From assembly GCF_009914755.1 (NCBI RefSeq), contig NC_060947.1: a stretch of 64,000 nt of DNA. The stretch is one strand, 5' to 3'. The notes below the pieces were generated by a model, which was not told where the DNA came from, ran no database searches, and saw nothing but the letters and a program-made list of their open reading frames with translations. Shown piece by piece: positions 1-16,501 of this stretch (its first letter is position 1; each line of letters starts with the position of its first letter). Both the position numbers and the translations under genes were made by a program. Source of the stretch: the human T2T-CHM13v2.0 reference genome, Homo sapiens.

Positions 1-3
1 TCG

Positions 4-600
<597 letters not shown>

Positions 601-1097
601 ATTACAGGCTATTCATGGGTTTTAAGGATAAGGACCTGTGTATGACTGGGGGCTGTTATTCAGCATCCCGCAGCATTGTTTTGTGGATGCACTCTGGCTA
701 CAATTCCAAGAAGGCAGCATGAGAAATTTCACAGCCACCCTCCAGCAGGGAGTTGACAGGCACAGTCCAGCCCGGGGCATCCTACTGGCAGGGGAGCTGT
801 TGTTGTGTTGACTTCTGTCAGATCAACATAAGTGACACAGCTTCCTCCGCACACACCGAGGGGGACATGCTTAAGAATGTCATTAGGAGGCCCGGGAGAT
901 CACAGCACTAGCTTAGCTAAATGGGGTTTCGGCAATGAGAGTCTGGTGCCAACAATATGGATATTATTTAAGATTTTTAATAAAGCAGGGGAAACAAAGA
1001 GAACTGAGAAGGAGGAATAAAGTGCTGAAAAACATTTATCTGCTCTTAAGCAATTTCATTTAAAGGAGAAAGAAACGGAGGCTCAAACCAAAGATGA

Positions 1098-1403
<306 letters not shown>

Positions 1404-1796
1404 CTAACAATGATGTTTAAATAGGCAGAAAAGTAAGGCTGGTTTTGGCAAAGCAGAAAGCATTAAAAGGCCCTGGGCTCGGTGTGTAGAGCTTTGACTA
1501 CAAAGGGAAAAAGTCACAGGGAAACTGGTTTATTTACAGTATGAATACAAAATGCTAAACTGGTGGACTGATTAAACTTATCAGCAAAAGACTAAAGAAA
1601 GACATTTTCTGGAAGCATTTGCAAGGGTTGGGTAAGCCACATGGTCACTGGGCAGTGTTCAAAGCAACTGCTCCTTGGAGACCTCTGACCTGAGTATATC
1701 TTGAGGGTTTTTCCAGGATGGGGTTCAGGGAAGTGTATTAAGGATCCAAACATCATTTTGGTTTACAAAAAATCATTATGAAGAGTTCAAAATATA

Positions 1797-1831
<35 letters not shown>

Positions 1832-2065
1832 AGTCAAAGAGTAAAAACAAACCCTCATGGAAAAAAAGAAAAAAATTGTCTCTATTTGACGATGATATAA
1901 TTGTCTTGATAGAAAATATCAAATAATCTGGAAAAAACTTTCTAGAACTAATAAATGAGCTCAATAAGTTCACAGGATGCAAGATAAATGTATAAAAATC
2001 AATTGTATTTCTATACAGTGACAATGGACAAGGGGAAACCAAAATATAAACTATAATACTATTTT

Positions 2066-2370
<305 letters not shown>

Positions 2371-2581
2371 AACTATTTTAAATTGCTCCAAAGAGAACGA
2401 AATACTTATATATAAATCTCACCAAGCATATGTAGTTCTGTATGATAAAAATTATAAAATTCTGATGAAAAATATCAACGAAGATCCAATTAAGGAAAGG
2501 CATACTGAGTTCCTGGAGCACAATCATTATAGTAAAGATGTAAGTTCTCCTTAAACTGATTTACAGAGTTAACACAATTCA

Positions 2582-2886
<305 letters not shown>

Positions 2887-3436
2887 TTCACATAAAAATC
2901 CCAGCATTTTAAAAATATACCTAGAAAAAATTTTAAAAATAGACATAGAAAAGATTATTATAACATTTATAAAGTAATGGAAAAGCTCTGTAAGAGTTGA
3001 AACCATTTTGAGAAAGAATTAAGTGACAGAAATCACACACTCTTTGGGATTACTATATTGCTGGGATAAAATGGAGAGAGTATGGCACTGAACAAAGATA
3101 AGACACATAAATAAATGGAACAGCATAGAGAACCCAGAAACAGATACCTGCAATGATGTCCGACTAATGTTTCAGAATGGAGCAAAAGTAATTTAATGGA
3201 AGAGGAATATCCATTTCACTGAAATTTCTGGAGCAAGGAGACATGACGAACAACATCAAAAAATGAATCGCAACCTAAACCTCATAGCTTTTATACAAAT
3301 TAACTCAAAATAAATCATGGACTTAAATGTAAACCACAAAACCATGGTGTGCTGTTGCATCTATGATCTCAAAAAGAATGATGGATTGCATTTAACGATG
3401 ATATCTTCTACAGGAGGCCAAGCGACTAAGACAATT

Positions 3437-3752
<316 letters not shown>

Positions 3753-4161
3753 ACGAGTCTTTTTTTCATGGTCAAAACCAAAATCTAGATTGCAAAATTC
3801 AGATAAAGCAATTTTACGGCTTATAAGGTACCTACATAGGCCTGATGTTTTGCAGTGAGGGAGGAAAAGTCGCAAAAAAAAAAAAAAAAGAAATACTCTG
3901 AAGAAAGTGAAAAGACAAGCCACAGAATGTAAGAAACTATTGGGAAGACATATATCTCCTAAAGGACTTGTGGCCAACATTTAGGAAGCATAGTTACAAG
4001 TCATACGAAGATGGCACCTGACCCGATAAAAATTAGGAAATAGAGCTGAAAGGACTTGTCAGTAAATAAGACGTATAAGTGGCAAAATAAGTCTATGAAG
4101 CGGGTCTGTGTTTCTTGGGGGGTTCTGGAATGCAGACACCGAGACAGAGTTAGAAACGCAA

Positions 4162-5310
<1,149 letters not shown>

Positions 5311-5313
5311 CGG

Positions 5314-5620
5314 GGGCGGGTGCAGTGGCTCATGTCTGTCATCCCAGGACTTTGGGAGGCTGAGGCAGGAGGATCACTTGAGCACAGGAGTTCGAGACCA
5401 GCCTGAGCAAGATACGGTAGACCTCATTGCTATGAAAACATTTTTTTAAACACTAGCTGGGTGCGGTGGTGCGCACCGGTATTCCCAGCTACTTGGGAGG
5501 CCGAGGCAGGAGAATTGCTTGAGCTCAGGAGTTCAAGGGTGCAGGGAGCTATGATCACGCCACTGCCCTCCAGCCTGGGTGACAGAGCAAGACCTTATCT
5601 CAAAATGAATAAATAAATTA
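5314..5620 (+). mobile_element. AluJ
   Basis: J-type diagnostics (gagctatgatcacgcc; gcaagaccttatctc). Confidence 0.9.
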
Positions 5621-5699
5621 ATTCAATTTTAACATAAAATACAAAACATCTATAATATAATCATTTTTAAAAGTTAAACAATGTCTAAAAAAGGAGTTG

Positions 5700-6505
5700 T
5701 ATTTTTCTATATGTATACCTGTAGAAATAAATATATATATTTCCTGTGTCTGTGTATATATATTTTTCTAATATAACATATATAAACATTATATATGTAA
5801 TATATTATATAATATAATATACAATATATAACATAAACAATATTAAAAATTATATATAATATATATTATATTATATTATATATTATATTATATATTATAT
5901 TATATTATATATTATATTATATATTATATTATATTATATATTATATTATATATTATATTATATGTTATATAATATATAATACATATTTATTTATATATTA
6001 ATATACATTATACATTAATATATATTTTTATATATTTATTAATATATAAATATATAATATGTTTATATATTATATATGTATACTATATAAAATATATAAT
6101 ATAAATATATATGTATTGTATAATATAAATTATATATAAATATATAAATATATTTATATATAATATAAATTATATATAAATATATTTATATAAATATATT
6201 ATAGAATATATAATATATTAATAGTATGTAATATAATATTAATATATTATAAATAAATATATTATAAATATAATATATAATACATATGTAATATAAATAT
6301 ATATAATACATATGTAATATAATATACATATTTTATAGTTAATTTATTAACTATAACTATTATTATATATGCATAATATATTAAATATATTTTATATATA
6401 TTTGTAATATTTATATATAATGTACACACAGGAAATATATATTTTATATTATGAATATAAAATATTTATAATTTTTTATTTTCTATTATTTTATGTATAT
6501 ATATG
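5700..6505. repeat. AT-rich low-complexity tract with (TATAT)n core
   Basis: Almost only A and T over about 800 bp. Confidence 0.95.
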
Positions 6506-6744
6506 CCATGCGAACTCTAACGCGTACGTTCTTTAATCACGTTTTTCGTGTCTTGTTTTACGGTTCCATCTGGACTTGGAGCTGCCCTTTGAAAAAGCCA
6601 CAGCTGCTGTGTCAAGTCTGGTGAACGTGACATCCTGACTAAATTCTCGAAAGGAAAGAGATGAAACTCAGGGACATGTACCTGGGTCACCTGGAGAACC
6701 AGCAATGGGCACCGTCTGTGGTTGGTTGCCTTTGTAACCTCCGT

Positions 6745-6753
<9 letters not shown>

Positions 6754-6792
<39 letters not shown>
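6754..6792. repeat. (TA)n microsatellite
   Basis: Uninterrupted TA run. Confidence 0.95.
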
Positions 6793-6799
<7 letters not shown>

Positions 6800-7299
6800 T
6801 AGCATGTACATCGCTCAAAGCCCAGGTTTTTGGACATCAGTGTAACTGACCTGCTGATTAGCGTATGGTGAGGACTGCCAGCCGGAACACACCAGGGAAA
6901 GGATAAAAAAAGTGGGCAGAGCGAGGAGCTATTTTAGTCCTGGTCCAGGGTCCACCACCATGTGGCTGCATTTTAATGACACACGCGCTTCACCCTCCCA
7001 GATGCTGAATTCACCTGCAACATCACACTCCTCAAGGAGACGTTTAGCAGACATTATCTGAGGGCTCCGTGCAGAGCAGAGCCTGGTCACTGACTGTTTT
7101 CTCAGGAAAAGATAGGTGCAGAAGGTAGGGGAAGGACCTGAGTCCCAGGGGAATCAGCCACTAAGAATTCAGCATCTGGCCAAGTTGCTCAAAGAAATTG
7201 TTCTTGTTTAGCCTCTCTCTTGAATCAGTGGATGTTTACTGGAACCTGGAAGGAAAGGGAAGACAGCCAGAAGCTATGGTGTATGTGTGTGTGGCTGAG

Positions 7300-7920
7300 C
7301 AGGGAAAGGAAAGAGGTGGAGAGAAGGAGGGAGAGAAGAAGGAATAAGACAGGGGAGGAGGAGAGGGGAGGAAGAAAGAGGAGGAGAAGGAGGAGGGGGA
7401 GAAGGAGGAGGAGTAAAAAGAGAAGTGGTAGGAGAGGGTAGAAGGAGGAGGAGGAGAGGGAGGAGGAAGAGAAAAGGAGAGGAGGAGGAGGGGAGGAGGA
7501 GATGGGAGGAGGAGGAGGAAAGGAGAGAAGGAGGAAGAGGGGGAGGAGGAGGAGGAAAGGAGAGAAGGAGGAAGAGGGGGAGGAGGAGAGAGAAGGAGGG
7601 GAGACAGGAGGAGGAGGGGAGAGGGGAGGAGGAGGGGAGAGGGGAGGAGGAGGGGAGAGGGGAGGAAGAGGGGAGAGGGGAGGAGGAGGGAGGGGAGGAG
7701 GAGACAGGAGGAGGAGGAGGAGAAGGAGAGGGGAGGAGGAGGAGAGGGGAGGAGGAGGAAGAGGAGGGGGAGGAGAGGGTAGAAGGAGGAGGGAGGAGGA
7801 GGACAAGGACAGACAGTGGGAGGAGGAGAAATAGTAAATGAAGAAGGAGAACAAGAAAAGATGAAAAAAGAGAGGGAGTAGAAGGAAAAGGAGAAGGAGG
7901 AAGAGGAGAAGAAGGAGTAT
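7300..7920. repeat. Polypurine (GGA/GAG)n tract with 18-bp subunits
   Basis: About 620 bp of nearly pure purine; ggaggaggggagaggggg-type unit repeated near 7608-7690. Confidence 0.95.
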
Positions 7921-8632
7921 CAAATGGTACAATTTCTAAAATCCAATCTGACCAAGTCTAGACCTTCTCCAAAAGAAATCGCCAAGTAAGCAGTAACAAG
8001 TAAAATAAAAGAGAGGATAGTCTTTAAGAGACAAACCTAGTAGGTCAGATTTTTTTTTTTTTAAGGAAGCTTAGTTTTTATTGGATACACTTTCATCTTT
8101 ATAGCTCATTGATTGTGAAAAGGCTTATGGAATAATATAATTACCAAACAACAAAATAAATAAACAGTTGTAGACTTATGCTACACAATAAATGACAAAA
8201 CCGCACACACACAAAAAAGGAGGGGAATATTTAAAACTTAGTTACGTTTCCTTCGACACATTTTTCACTGGGTGGAAGGAAAAGCCCAGCATCAAATACT
8301 TTCTTTGAAGTCTCTAAAAGCTTTCTCAGTGATGAGATTAAACTTGCAAAAGCTTTCTTGCTGTGGGGAGGCAACAACGACAGCTCTAATTACAGGGGTT
8401 CTGCACTCAGGGTGTTATGGTTCTCTGAAACAAGGAAGAGAGGCGTGCATACATTAATCCAAGGATACGTCCCAGCCAGTAATGAGCCACCGCTTGCAGT
8501 GGAAAGCAGGGAGTTGTGAGCTTGTGTCATAGAATATACAATTTCCTTGTGGTGTCCCACAAAAAGCTATCTCCCATTCAGATTGTTCCTACGTAGTTGT
8601 GCCAGTCATAACAAGAACCAAGATCTACAAAC

Positions 8633-8832
8633 AAAAGAAAAGAAAGAGAAGAAAGAAAGAAAGAAAGAGAGAGAGAGAAAGAGAGAAAGAAAGAAAGAAA
8701 GAGGAGGGAAGAAAGGAAGGAAGGAAGGGAGGGAGGAGAAAGGAAGGAAGAAAGGAAGAAAGAAAGAAGAAAGGAAGGAAGAAAAGAAGGAAGGAGAAAG
8801 AAAGGAAGGAAGAATGAAGGAAGGAAGAAGGA
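8633..8832. repeat. (GAAA)n/(GGAA)n purine tract
   Basis: Read directly. Confidence 0.95.
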
Positions 8833-8976
8833 AGTCCTTCTTCCTGTGAGTAAATGCCCTATCCCAACTATTCCCTTTGTTGGCCAACTGCATGGTTAGT
8901 TTATCTAAAAAATTAATAGGAATGAAGTAATCAACATAATTGGTCTTGTTTCATATGTAATATGTCCATGGTTTAA

Positions 8977-9277
<301 letters not shown>

Positions 9278-9302
9278 GGTTTAACTGTTTTTAAAAATAA
9301 TT

Positions 9303-9542
9303 TGAAGGCTGTCTCCTGGCAGAATTTCCTCTTGCTCTGTGGAGGTCAGATTTTGTTCTTTTCATGTCTTCAACTGATTAGACAAGGCCCACCCACATTA
9401 TGGAGAGAGGGTCATCTTGACTCAAAGTCACTGATATCAACCCCATCCAAAAACACATTCACAGAAACATCCAGGATGACGTTCACCCACACATCTGGGC
9501 ACAGTGGCCCAGCCAAGTGGACACATAAAATTAACCATCACA
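9303..9542 (-). mobile_element. MLT2 (ERVL) LTR 5' fragment
   Basis: Reverse complement begins TGTGATGGTTAATTTTATGTGTCCACTTGGCTGGGCCA, the MLT2 start. Confidence 0.85.
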
Positions 9543-10331
9543 AATATTATTACTTAAATGAAATGCTTAAAAAGAACAGCCAGAGGAAACATAAAGCAAG
9601 GGATTAGAAGCAAACAGGGGGCATATTCATTAAAGCAGCTGGGCAGAGAAGGGGCTGATATAAATGGGAAACAACGTCAGAGCAAACTCTTGGAAGATAG
9701 GGGAATCTGGCGTGCTTGTGGGCCAAGAGTAAGAGCTTAAGAGAGGTATATTGAATGTTTTCCCCTCCTGTCAGCCTGAAGCCAGTGACTGCTGTGGTTT
9801 GAAGGCAGAAAGAGAAATCCCATAAAAATACCTAGAAGTCCACTGTTGTGCCAGGTTTTACGTCTACTTTGGGACACTGGCTTCAGGATAGTCTAACTTG
9901 CCCTTACAACTCTGGTTCAAGCATAGATAATTGATCCAAGCCAGTGTGAAATATCAATGCATGTGCACATATGCATGTGTGTTACCAGGAAATAACTCAG
10001 CAAGAATGAGAGCACCACAGCCATAACATAGATTAAAATGTAGACCTCACAGTGTTATCAGGATCAGCTTTTTTCAAGAAACCATGGGCTTCATTCATTC
10101 AAAAAGCACAATTGCATGGTAGACTATTACCTTGCCTGCTCATTTATTTGTATATCCCTAGCTTCTCACACTGAAGATATGCACACTAAACACTGGTCAA
10201 ACAAAAATGAGTGGATAAATGATTAACCAATTTGTTTCATTCTCCCCACAAGACAAGCACTGGTCATTTTACATGGTGCCCAAAACTGACTCTAGTGTGT
10301 ACTTTTAAACCCTATTTAATAAGACCAACCA

Positions 10332-10647
<316 letters not shown>

Positions 10648-10705
10648 CTAAAGTATGCATGATTTTATTTTCCAAGTCAGATGGGCCTCAGAGCTTAGCA
10701 GAAAG

Positions 10706-11847
10706 TATCATCATTATCACCATCAACATCATTGTCATCATCATCACCATCATCTCCATTACCTCTCCCATCATCATCATCATCACTACCAACATCATCA
10801 TCATCACCATTATCTCCATTATCACTACCATCATCATCACCATCCTCACCATCATCATCACCATCATCTTCATTACCTCCATCATCATCATCACCATCAC
10901 CATCTTCATTACCTCCCCCATCATCATCACGATCACCATCTTTATTACCTCTCCCATCATCATCATCACCATCCTCACCATCGTCATCATCATCACCATC
11001 TTCATTACCTCCCCCATCATCATCATCACGATCACCATCTTCATAACCTCTCCCATCATCATCATCACGATCACCATCTTCATAACCTCTCCCATCATCA
11101 TCATCACGATCACCATCTTCATAACCTCTCCCATCATCATCATCATGATCACCATCTTCATTACCTCCCCCATCATCATCATGATCACCATCTTCATTAC
11201 CTCCCCCCATCATCATCATCACCATCCTCACCATCATCATCATCATCATAATCATCATCGTCACCATCCTCACCATCATCATCATTATCATAATCATCAC
11301 CATCACCATCCTCACCATCATCATCATTATCACCATCATCGTCATTATCATCATCATCACCATCACCATCCTCACCATCATCATATCACCATCATCGTCA
11401 TTATCATCATCATCACCATCTTCATTACCTCTCCCCTCATCATCACCATCCTCACCATCATCATTATCATCATCATCACCATCTTCATTACCTCCCCCAT
11501 CATCATCATCACCATCCTCACCATCATCATCTTCATTACCTCTCCCATCATCATCATCACCATCACCATACTCACCATCGTAATCATTATCATCATCACC
11601 ATCACCATCCTCACCATCATCATCATTATCATCATCATCACCATCTTCATTACCTCTCCCATCATCATCATTGCCATCGTCATCTCCATTATCTCTACCA
11701 TTATCATCATCATCATCTCGCTATCATCACCATCATCATCACCATCATCATGATCATTGTCATCATCATTATCATCACCATCATCATCACCACCATCATC
11801 ATACCATGCCATTGTCATTATCACATCGTCATTATCATCATCATTAC
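10706..11847. repeat. (CAT/CAC)n trinucleotide tract with a 39-bp higher-order unit
   Basis: cttcataacctctcccatcatcatcatcacgatcaccat recurs at 11039, 11078 and 11117. Confidence 0.95.
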
Positions 11848-12253
11848 TACAATGTTGATAATCAGCTATAAGACTCTGAATCCCACATGACGAGTCAGCA
11901 GTGCTGCCGCTGGGGCATCTGAGAACAATATGCCCTGGAAGGACTTTCTCCCTTACTTTTTTATCCCAGAATGGCAGTGGTTTGACTGATGTTCTCTTTT
12001 GTACTATGAAGCATCTTCTGTGGCCTAGAAACAACTTAGAGTGATGACTGGGCCTCTTTGAGAGACACCACCTAAGTGGCCTTATAACAATTTGGTCTGG
12101 TTCAAGAGTCCTAAATAATTTTAAATGCTGCTTCAGTGCCTGTACACTCATTTGTTGTGCTGTCACTCTGGTTTCTTGGGAATAAATTAACGAAAACAGA
12201 ATTGGAGATTTTCTCTTTCTGTCTTCACTTCCGTTCAAAAAGTATCATTTTCT

Positions 12254-12283
12254 CCCCCCGCCCCCCCCCCCCCCCCCGCCCCC
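12254..12283. repeat. C6-G-C17-G-C5 run (G-quadruplex potential on minus strand)
   Basis: Read directly. Confidence 0.9.
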
Positions 12284-12997
12284 ACTGGAAGAACTTGTTG
12301 TCCAGAACAAGTGTAGGCATAGAAATGCTAATTTTTGTTACTTCACCTTTCTGGGAAAATAAGGGGGAGTGGAGCCATCTGTGGCTATGGCCATCACTTG
12401 GCCAATAAGTTGATTTTGAAATAAACTGATTTTGAATTAGATGTGCGGTATGCATCTGGGAGATTGAAGTTAGATGTGTGTAGGAGAGGGAAACCAACAA
12501 AGCTGTGAAGATACAGTAGGAAGAAGGGCTCTATGAGAAAATGTAAAACAATGGCATTTATTTGGATCAGACACAGCTATGTCTGAGTGGACTAAAGATA
12601 CAAATCTGCTCATGGCCACAGCAGATGTCACACCTGGGTCCCATGGATAAGCAACAGAAAATCAAAGGTGGCAAGTTTATCAAGCCTTTCTGAGTTTCTA
12701 TGATGGACGGTTGGGTCCTAGTGCCATCAGTGAGGATTGGCAGTGTCTTCTTAGCAATGTGAGAGTTTGAATCCAAGCCTCAGTGAATTTGGGAGGACAG
12801 CCCATCTGGAAGCTGTGACTCAACAAGGCCAGCCTGAGACTCCACAAGCTCAAATAATTTTTCAGGCAGATAAATGCCATTAGTCTGCCAAGGTGACATG
12901 GTAAGGTGTTTGTCAAGGTAGATGGGGCCTGGTGAGGGAAAGTTAGGGTGGAAAACTTCAGAAATCCAGGCAGGAAGACTTCAGGCATCTGGATAAG

Positions 12998-13452
12998 CCA
13001 TCCATCCATCCATCCACCTGCCATTCACCCATTCATTCACTCATGGACATATCCATCCATCCATTCATCCAACTATCCATCCCTTTATTCATCCACCAAC
13101 CATCTACCCATCTATCCACCCACCCACCCATCCACCCATCTATCCGGACAGCCAGCCACCCATCCATTTACCTATCCGTCCATCCACTTATCCATCCACT
13201 CATGCACATATCCATCGATCCATTCATCCAACTATCCATCCCTTTATTCATCCACCTACCATCCACTCATCTATCCACCCACCCACCCACCCATCCACCC
13301 ATCTATCCAGACAGCCAGCCAGCAACCCATCCATCTGTCCATGCATCCACTTATCCATCCACTCACGCACATATCCACCATCCATTTATCCAGCTATCCA
13401 TCCATGTATCCATCTATCCACTCATCCGTCTGTCTATCCATCCTTCCTTCTA
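12998..13452. repeat. (ATCC)n tract containing a ~159-bp internal duplication
   Basis: aactatccatccctttattc at 13071 and 13230. Confidence 0.9.
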
Positions 13453-14457
13453 TTCAACATGCATATATAATGTGTCAGAAACTTCCTTGTCCTTGGGGAC
13501 ACATGGGCATCAAGATACGGTCCAGTTAACAGAACTACAAGCTCCAGGCCAGAGCTGGAGAAAGAAGAAGTTTCTTTCTTCTTGGGAACAGAGAGGAGCG
13601 TGAGTTTAGTAATTCAGACACAACAATTCCTCACTTAAGAAGACAAGTAGACCCCAAAAGGCAGAGCTCAACTTAGCATCCATTGATACGTACCAAGTCA
13701 CCCCCTTCTCAGGTAGACTTATGAGAGCAAGGACATCATTCTACCCTCTCCACAAAAGTACTGGTACAAGAAGGGCTTTCTCCATGGCTAGCTGAAGAGG
13801 TCCCTAGCTCAAGTTCAGATTGATCTAGGAACAGTCCTGAAAATGACCCTCTCAGTGGAGATGCTGGGAAGGGGCAGTGAAGGACTCTTCGGGAAAAGGT
13901 AAGGACCAAGAGAAAGAACATGAAATCCAAGGACGAAAGTTAAAGACAAAATGCAGAAGCGAGGTTGAACTTGAGTAGAAGCTGGAATGAGGGCAGCATC
14001 TGCATTGGTGGAGGGAAGAGAAAACTATCCCAGGCAGAGGGTATACCAGAAACACAAGGCAACTGTTATTCATGAAGATCTTGCTTGAGGAAAAATATGG
14101 ACTCCAGAGCAGGTGCAAGACATGGTACGTCGTGATGGATGTGTGATCTGTCGAAACGAAGGCTAAAAGGCCATGAACAGATGGCCAAGTGCTTTCGCTT
14201 GTAAGCAATGAGAGAGTGGTGAAGGCGTGGAGGAATGGAGGATTGCTCTAGTGCATAGAGCCCAGTGGGGGCCCAGTGGGAGAGGCTGGAAAAAGGAGAG
14301 ACCTAGAATCCAGTGGGAGAGGCTGAAAGAATGGAAACCAGTTGGGATACCATTGCTCTAATTGAGCTTTGGAAACAACTTCGCATAGGAGGTGGGCGAC
14401 AATGCAGAAACAAGGGCATAAGAGAGATTTTGAAAGAAGGCATGTGAGATAAGAAAT

Positions 14458-14795
14458 CATTGTGGAAAACAGTGTGACAATTCTTCAAAGAACTAAAAAG
14501 TGAACTACCATTCAACCCAGCAACCCCATTACCGGACATACACCCAAAAGAATATCAATCATCTTATCATAAAGACACATGCAATTGTATTTCATTGCAG
14601 CACCATTCACACTAGGAAAGACATGAAATCAACCTAAATTCCCACCAGTGGTGGACTGAATGAAGAAAATGTAGTACATATATACCATGGAATACTACGC
14701 AGCCATAAAAAGAAAGAGATCATGTCCTTTGCAGCAACATGGATGGAGCTGGACACTATTATCTCAAGATAGATAGAAAGATAGATGATAGATAG

Positions 14796-14836
<41 letters not shown>

Positions 14837-15155
14837 ATCACATGAGCCTCTGAGGATATTGAGTTATATATGTAACTCAATTTATTAACATAAACACCCA
14901 TCATGTTATTAACTTACTAACATCCATCATATGAATTATCTTCTAATTAGCACAGCCTCTCGACACACCCTGAAGGACAGAGCATGTCCTAACTATTGGA
15001 GGGAAGAAGATGGGAGGAGGGAGAGGATTAGAAAAAAATAACTAATGGGTACTAGGCTTAATACCTGGATGAAGAAATAATCTGTACAACAAACTCCCAT
15101 GATCCCAGTTTACCTACATAACAAACTTGCATGTGTACCCCTGAACATAATAGAA
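14458..15155 (+). mobile_element. L1PA/L1PB-age 3' end interrupted by (GATA)n and a non-L1 insert (about 14768-14990)
   Basis: tgtggaaaacagtgtg...gaactaccattcaacccagcaa, and later gtactaggcttaatacctgg...tgtacccctgaac. Confidence 0.9.
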
Positions 15156-15674
15156 AACTTATAGAGAACACACCTAATTTTCACAAGTGTTTTAAACTTG
15201 CTCCTCTCTTCATGGGTAGCAATGAGTACGTTCTTATCCTTTGTTTCTTTCGAAGAAATCAGTGTGTTTCTAAGACAGTATAAGCTGATAGCCTATGTGG
15301 ACAAGAGGAGGAGGTATTGTGTTATAAGGAATTTTTTTTGTATAAACCAGAGAGAGGAGAGAGAGAATTATTGTGTGAGTACACAAGACTTATCCACGAA
15401 GGTGTGTTTAAGACAAATTTGAATTTCTACAGGAAACTGACCCCCTACAAGCCAAATGTATGGATTATGACAAAGCCTGTGATTGGCTCCAGAAATCCAT
15501 CAGCTCATTTTGAAGCTTAGTTTTTAATTTAGTTCTGAAACAAAAAGAATGAGTAAAATGTTTCTCTGATACAATGTCCAAAATGGTGAGGCAAACTACA
15601 CCAGCAGAGAAAGCTGTTGGCCATCATGCAAGCTGTGCGGAGTTTATGAAATTAGCATGCAGAGGCTTCAGTGC

Positions 15675-16035
15675 TGTATTAGTCCATTTTCATGCTGCTG
15701 ATAAAGACACACTCGAGACTGGGTAATTTATAAAGAAAAGGGGGTTTGATAGACTCACAATTCCACATGGCTGAGAAGACCTCAAAATCATGGTGGAAGG
15801 CAAAAGGCAGGTCTTACATGGTGGCAGGCAAGAGAGAATAAGAACCAAGTGAAAGGGGAATCCCCTTATAAAATCATAAGATCTCAATGAGACTTATTCA
15901 CTACCACGAGAACAGTAGGGGGAAACCGCCCCCATGATTCAATTACCTCCCATTGGGTCCCTCCCATCACACATGGAATTATGGGTGCTACAATTCAAGA
16001 TGAGATTTGGGTGGGGACACAGCCAAACTATATGA
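15675..16035 (-). mobile_element. THE1B-like solo LTR (MaLR)
   Basis: Both THE1 termini present; perfect 5-bp TSD agtgc at 15670-15674 and 16036-16040. Confidence 0.92.
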
Positions 16036-16157
16036 AGTGCAAACAAAGTTTCTGACTTCTCTTGAGGGAAAAGATACTTTAAAGATTTGAGTAGTTGGGA
16101 GCCAACCACCATGATCTGCTGCCCTCTGAATTAACATTGTAGTCAACAACCACCATC

Positions 16158-16237
16158 TTTGAACAGTGTTAGAGCTGAAAAGCTAGAGGAAAAATGTCTG
16201 ACTTTCCTCTAGCTTTTCTCCTCCAACACTATTCAAA
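16158..16237. other. 80-nt inverted repeat (35-bp arms, 10-nt loop)
   Basis: Arms 16158-16192 and 16203-16237 are complementary at 31 of 35 positions. Confidence 0.9.
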
Positions 16238-16501
16238 TTTCTTTGCTTATAAATGGTTAGGTGGACGTGAATGAGGAGGTTGAGCTGGTTCTTACAGAGG
16301 AGTGGGGGGTCTGAAATGACTTTCAGTCTGGGAAAGCAAGAGATAAATCACTTCTACAGTCTTTTCAGGATCAAGCTTCAGATAAGTGCATCCGTGCAGC
16401 ATTCTCCCCTAAAGAGCTTGATAATACGAAAAATAAGCCTGCGCGCGAACTAAACCACACATTGTCTCACCAAATGGATGCAACTGAATGGTGAATGCAG
16501 A

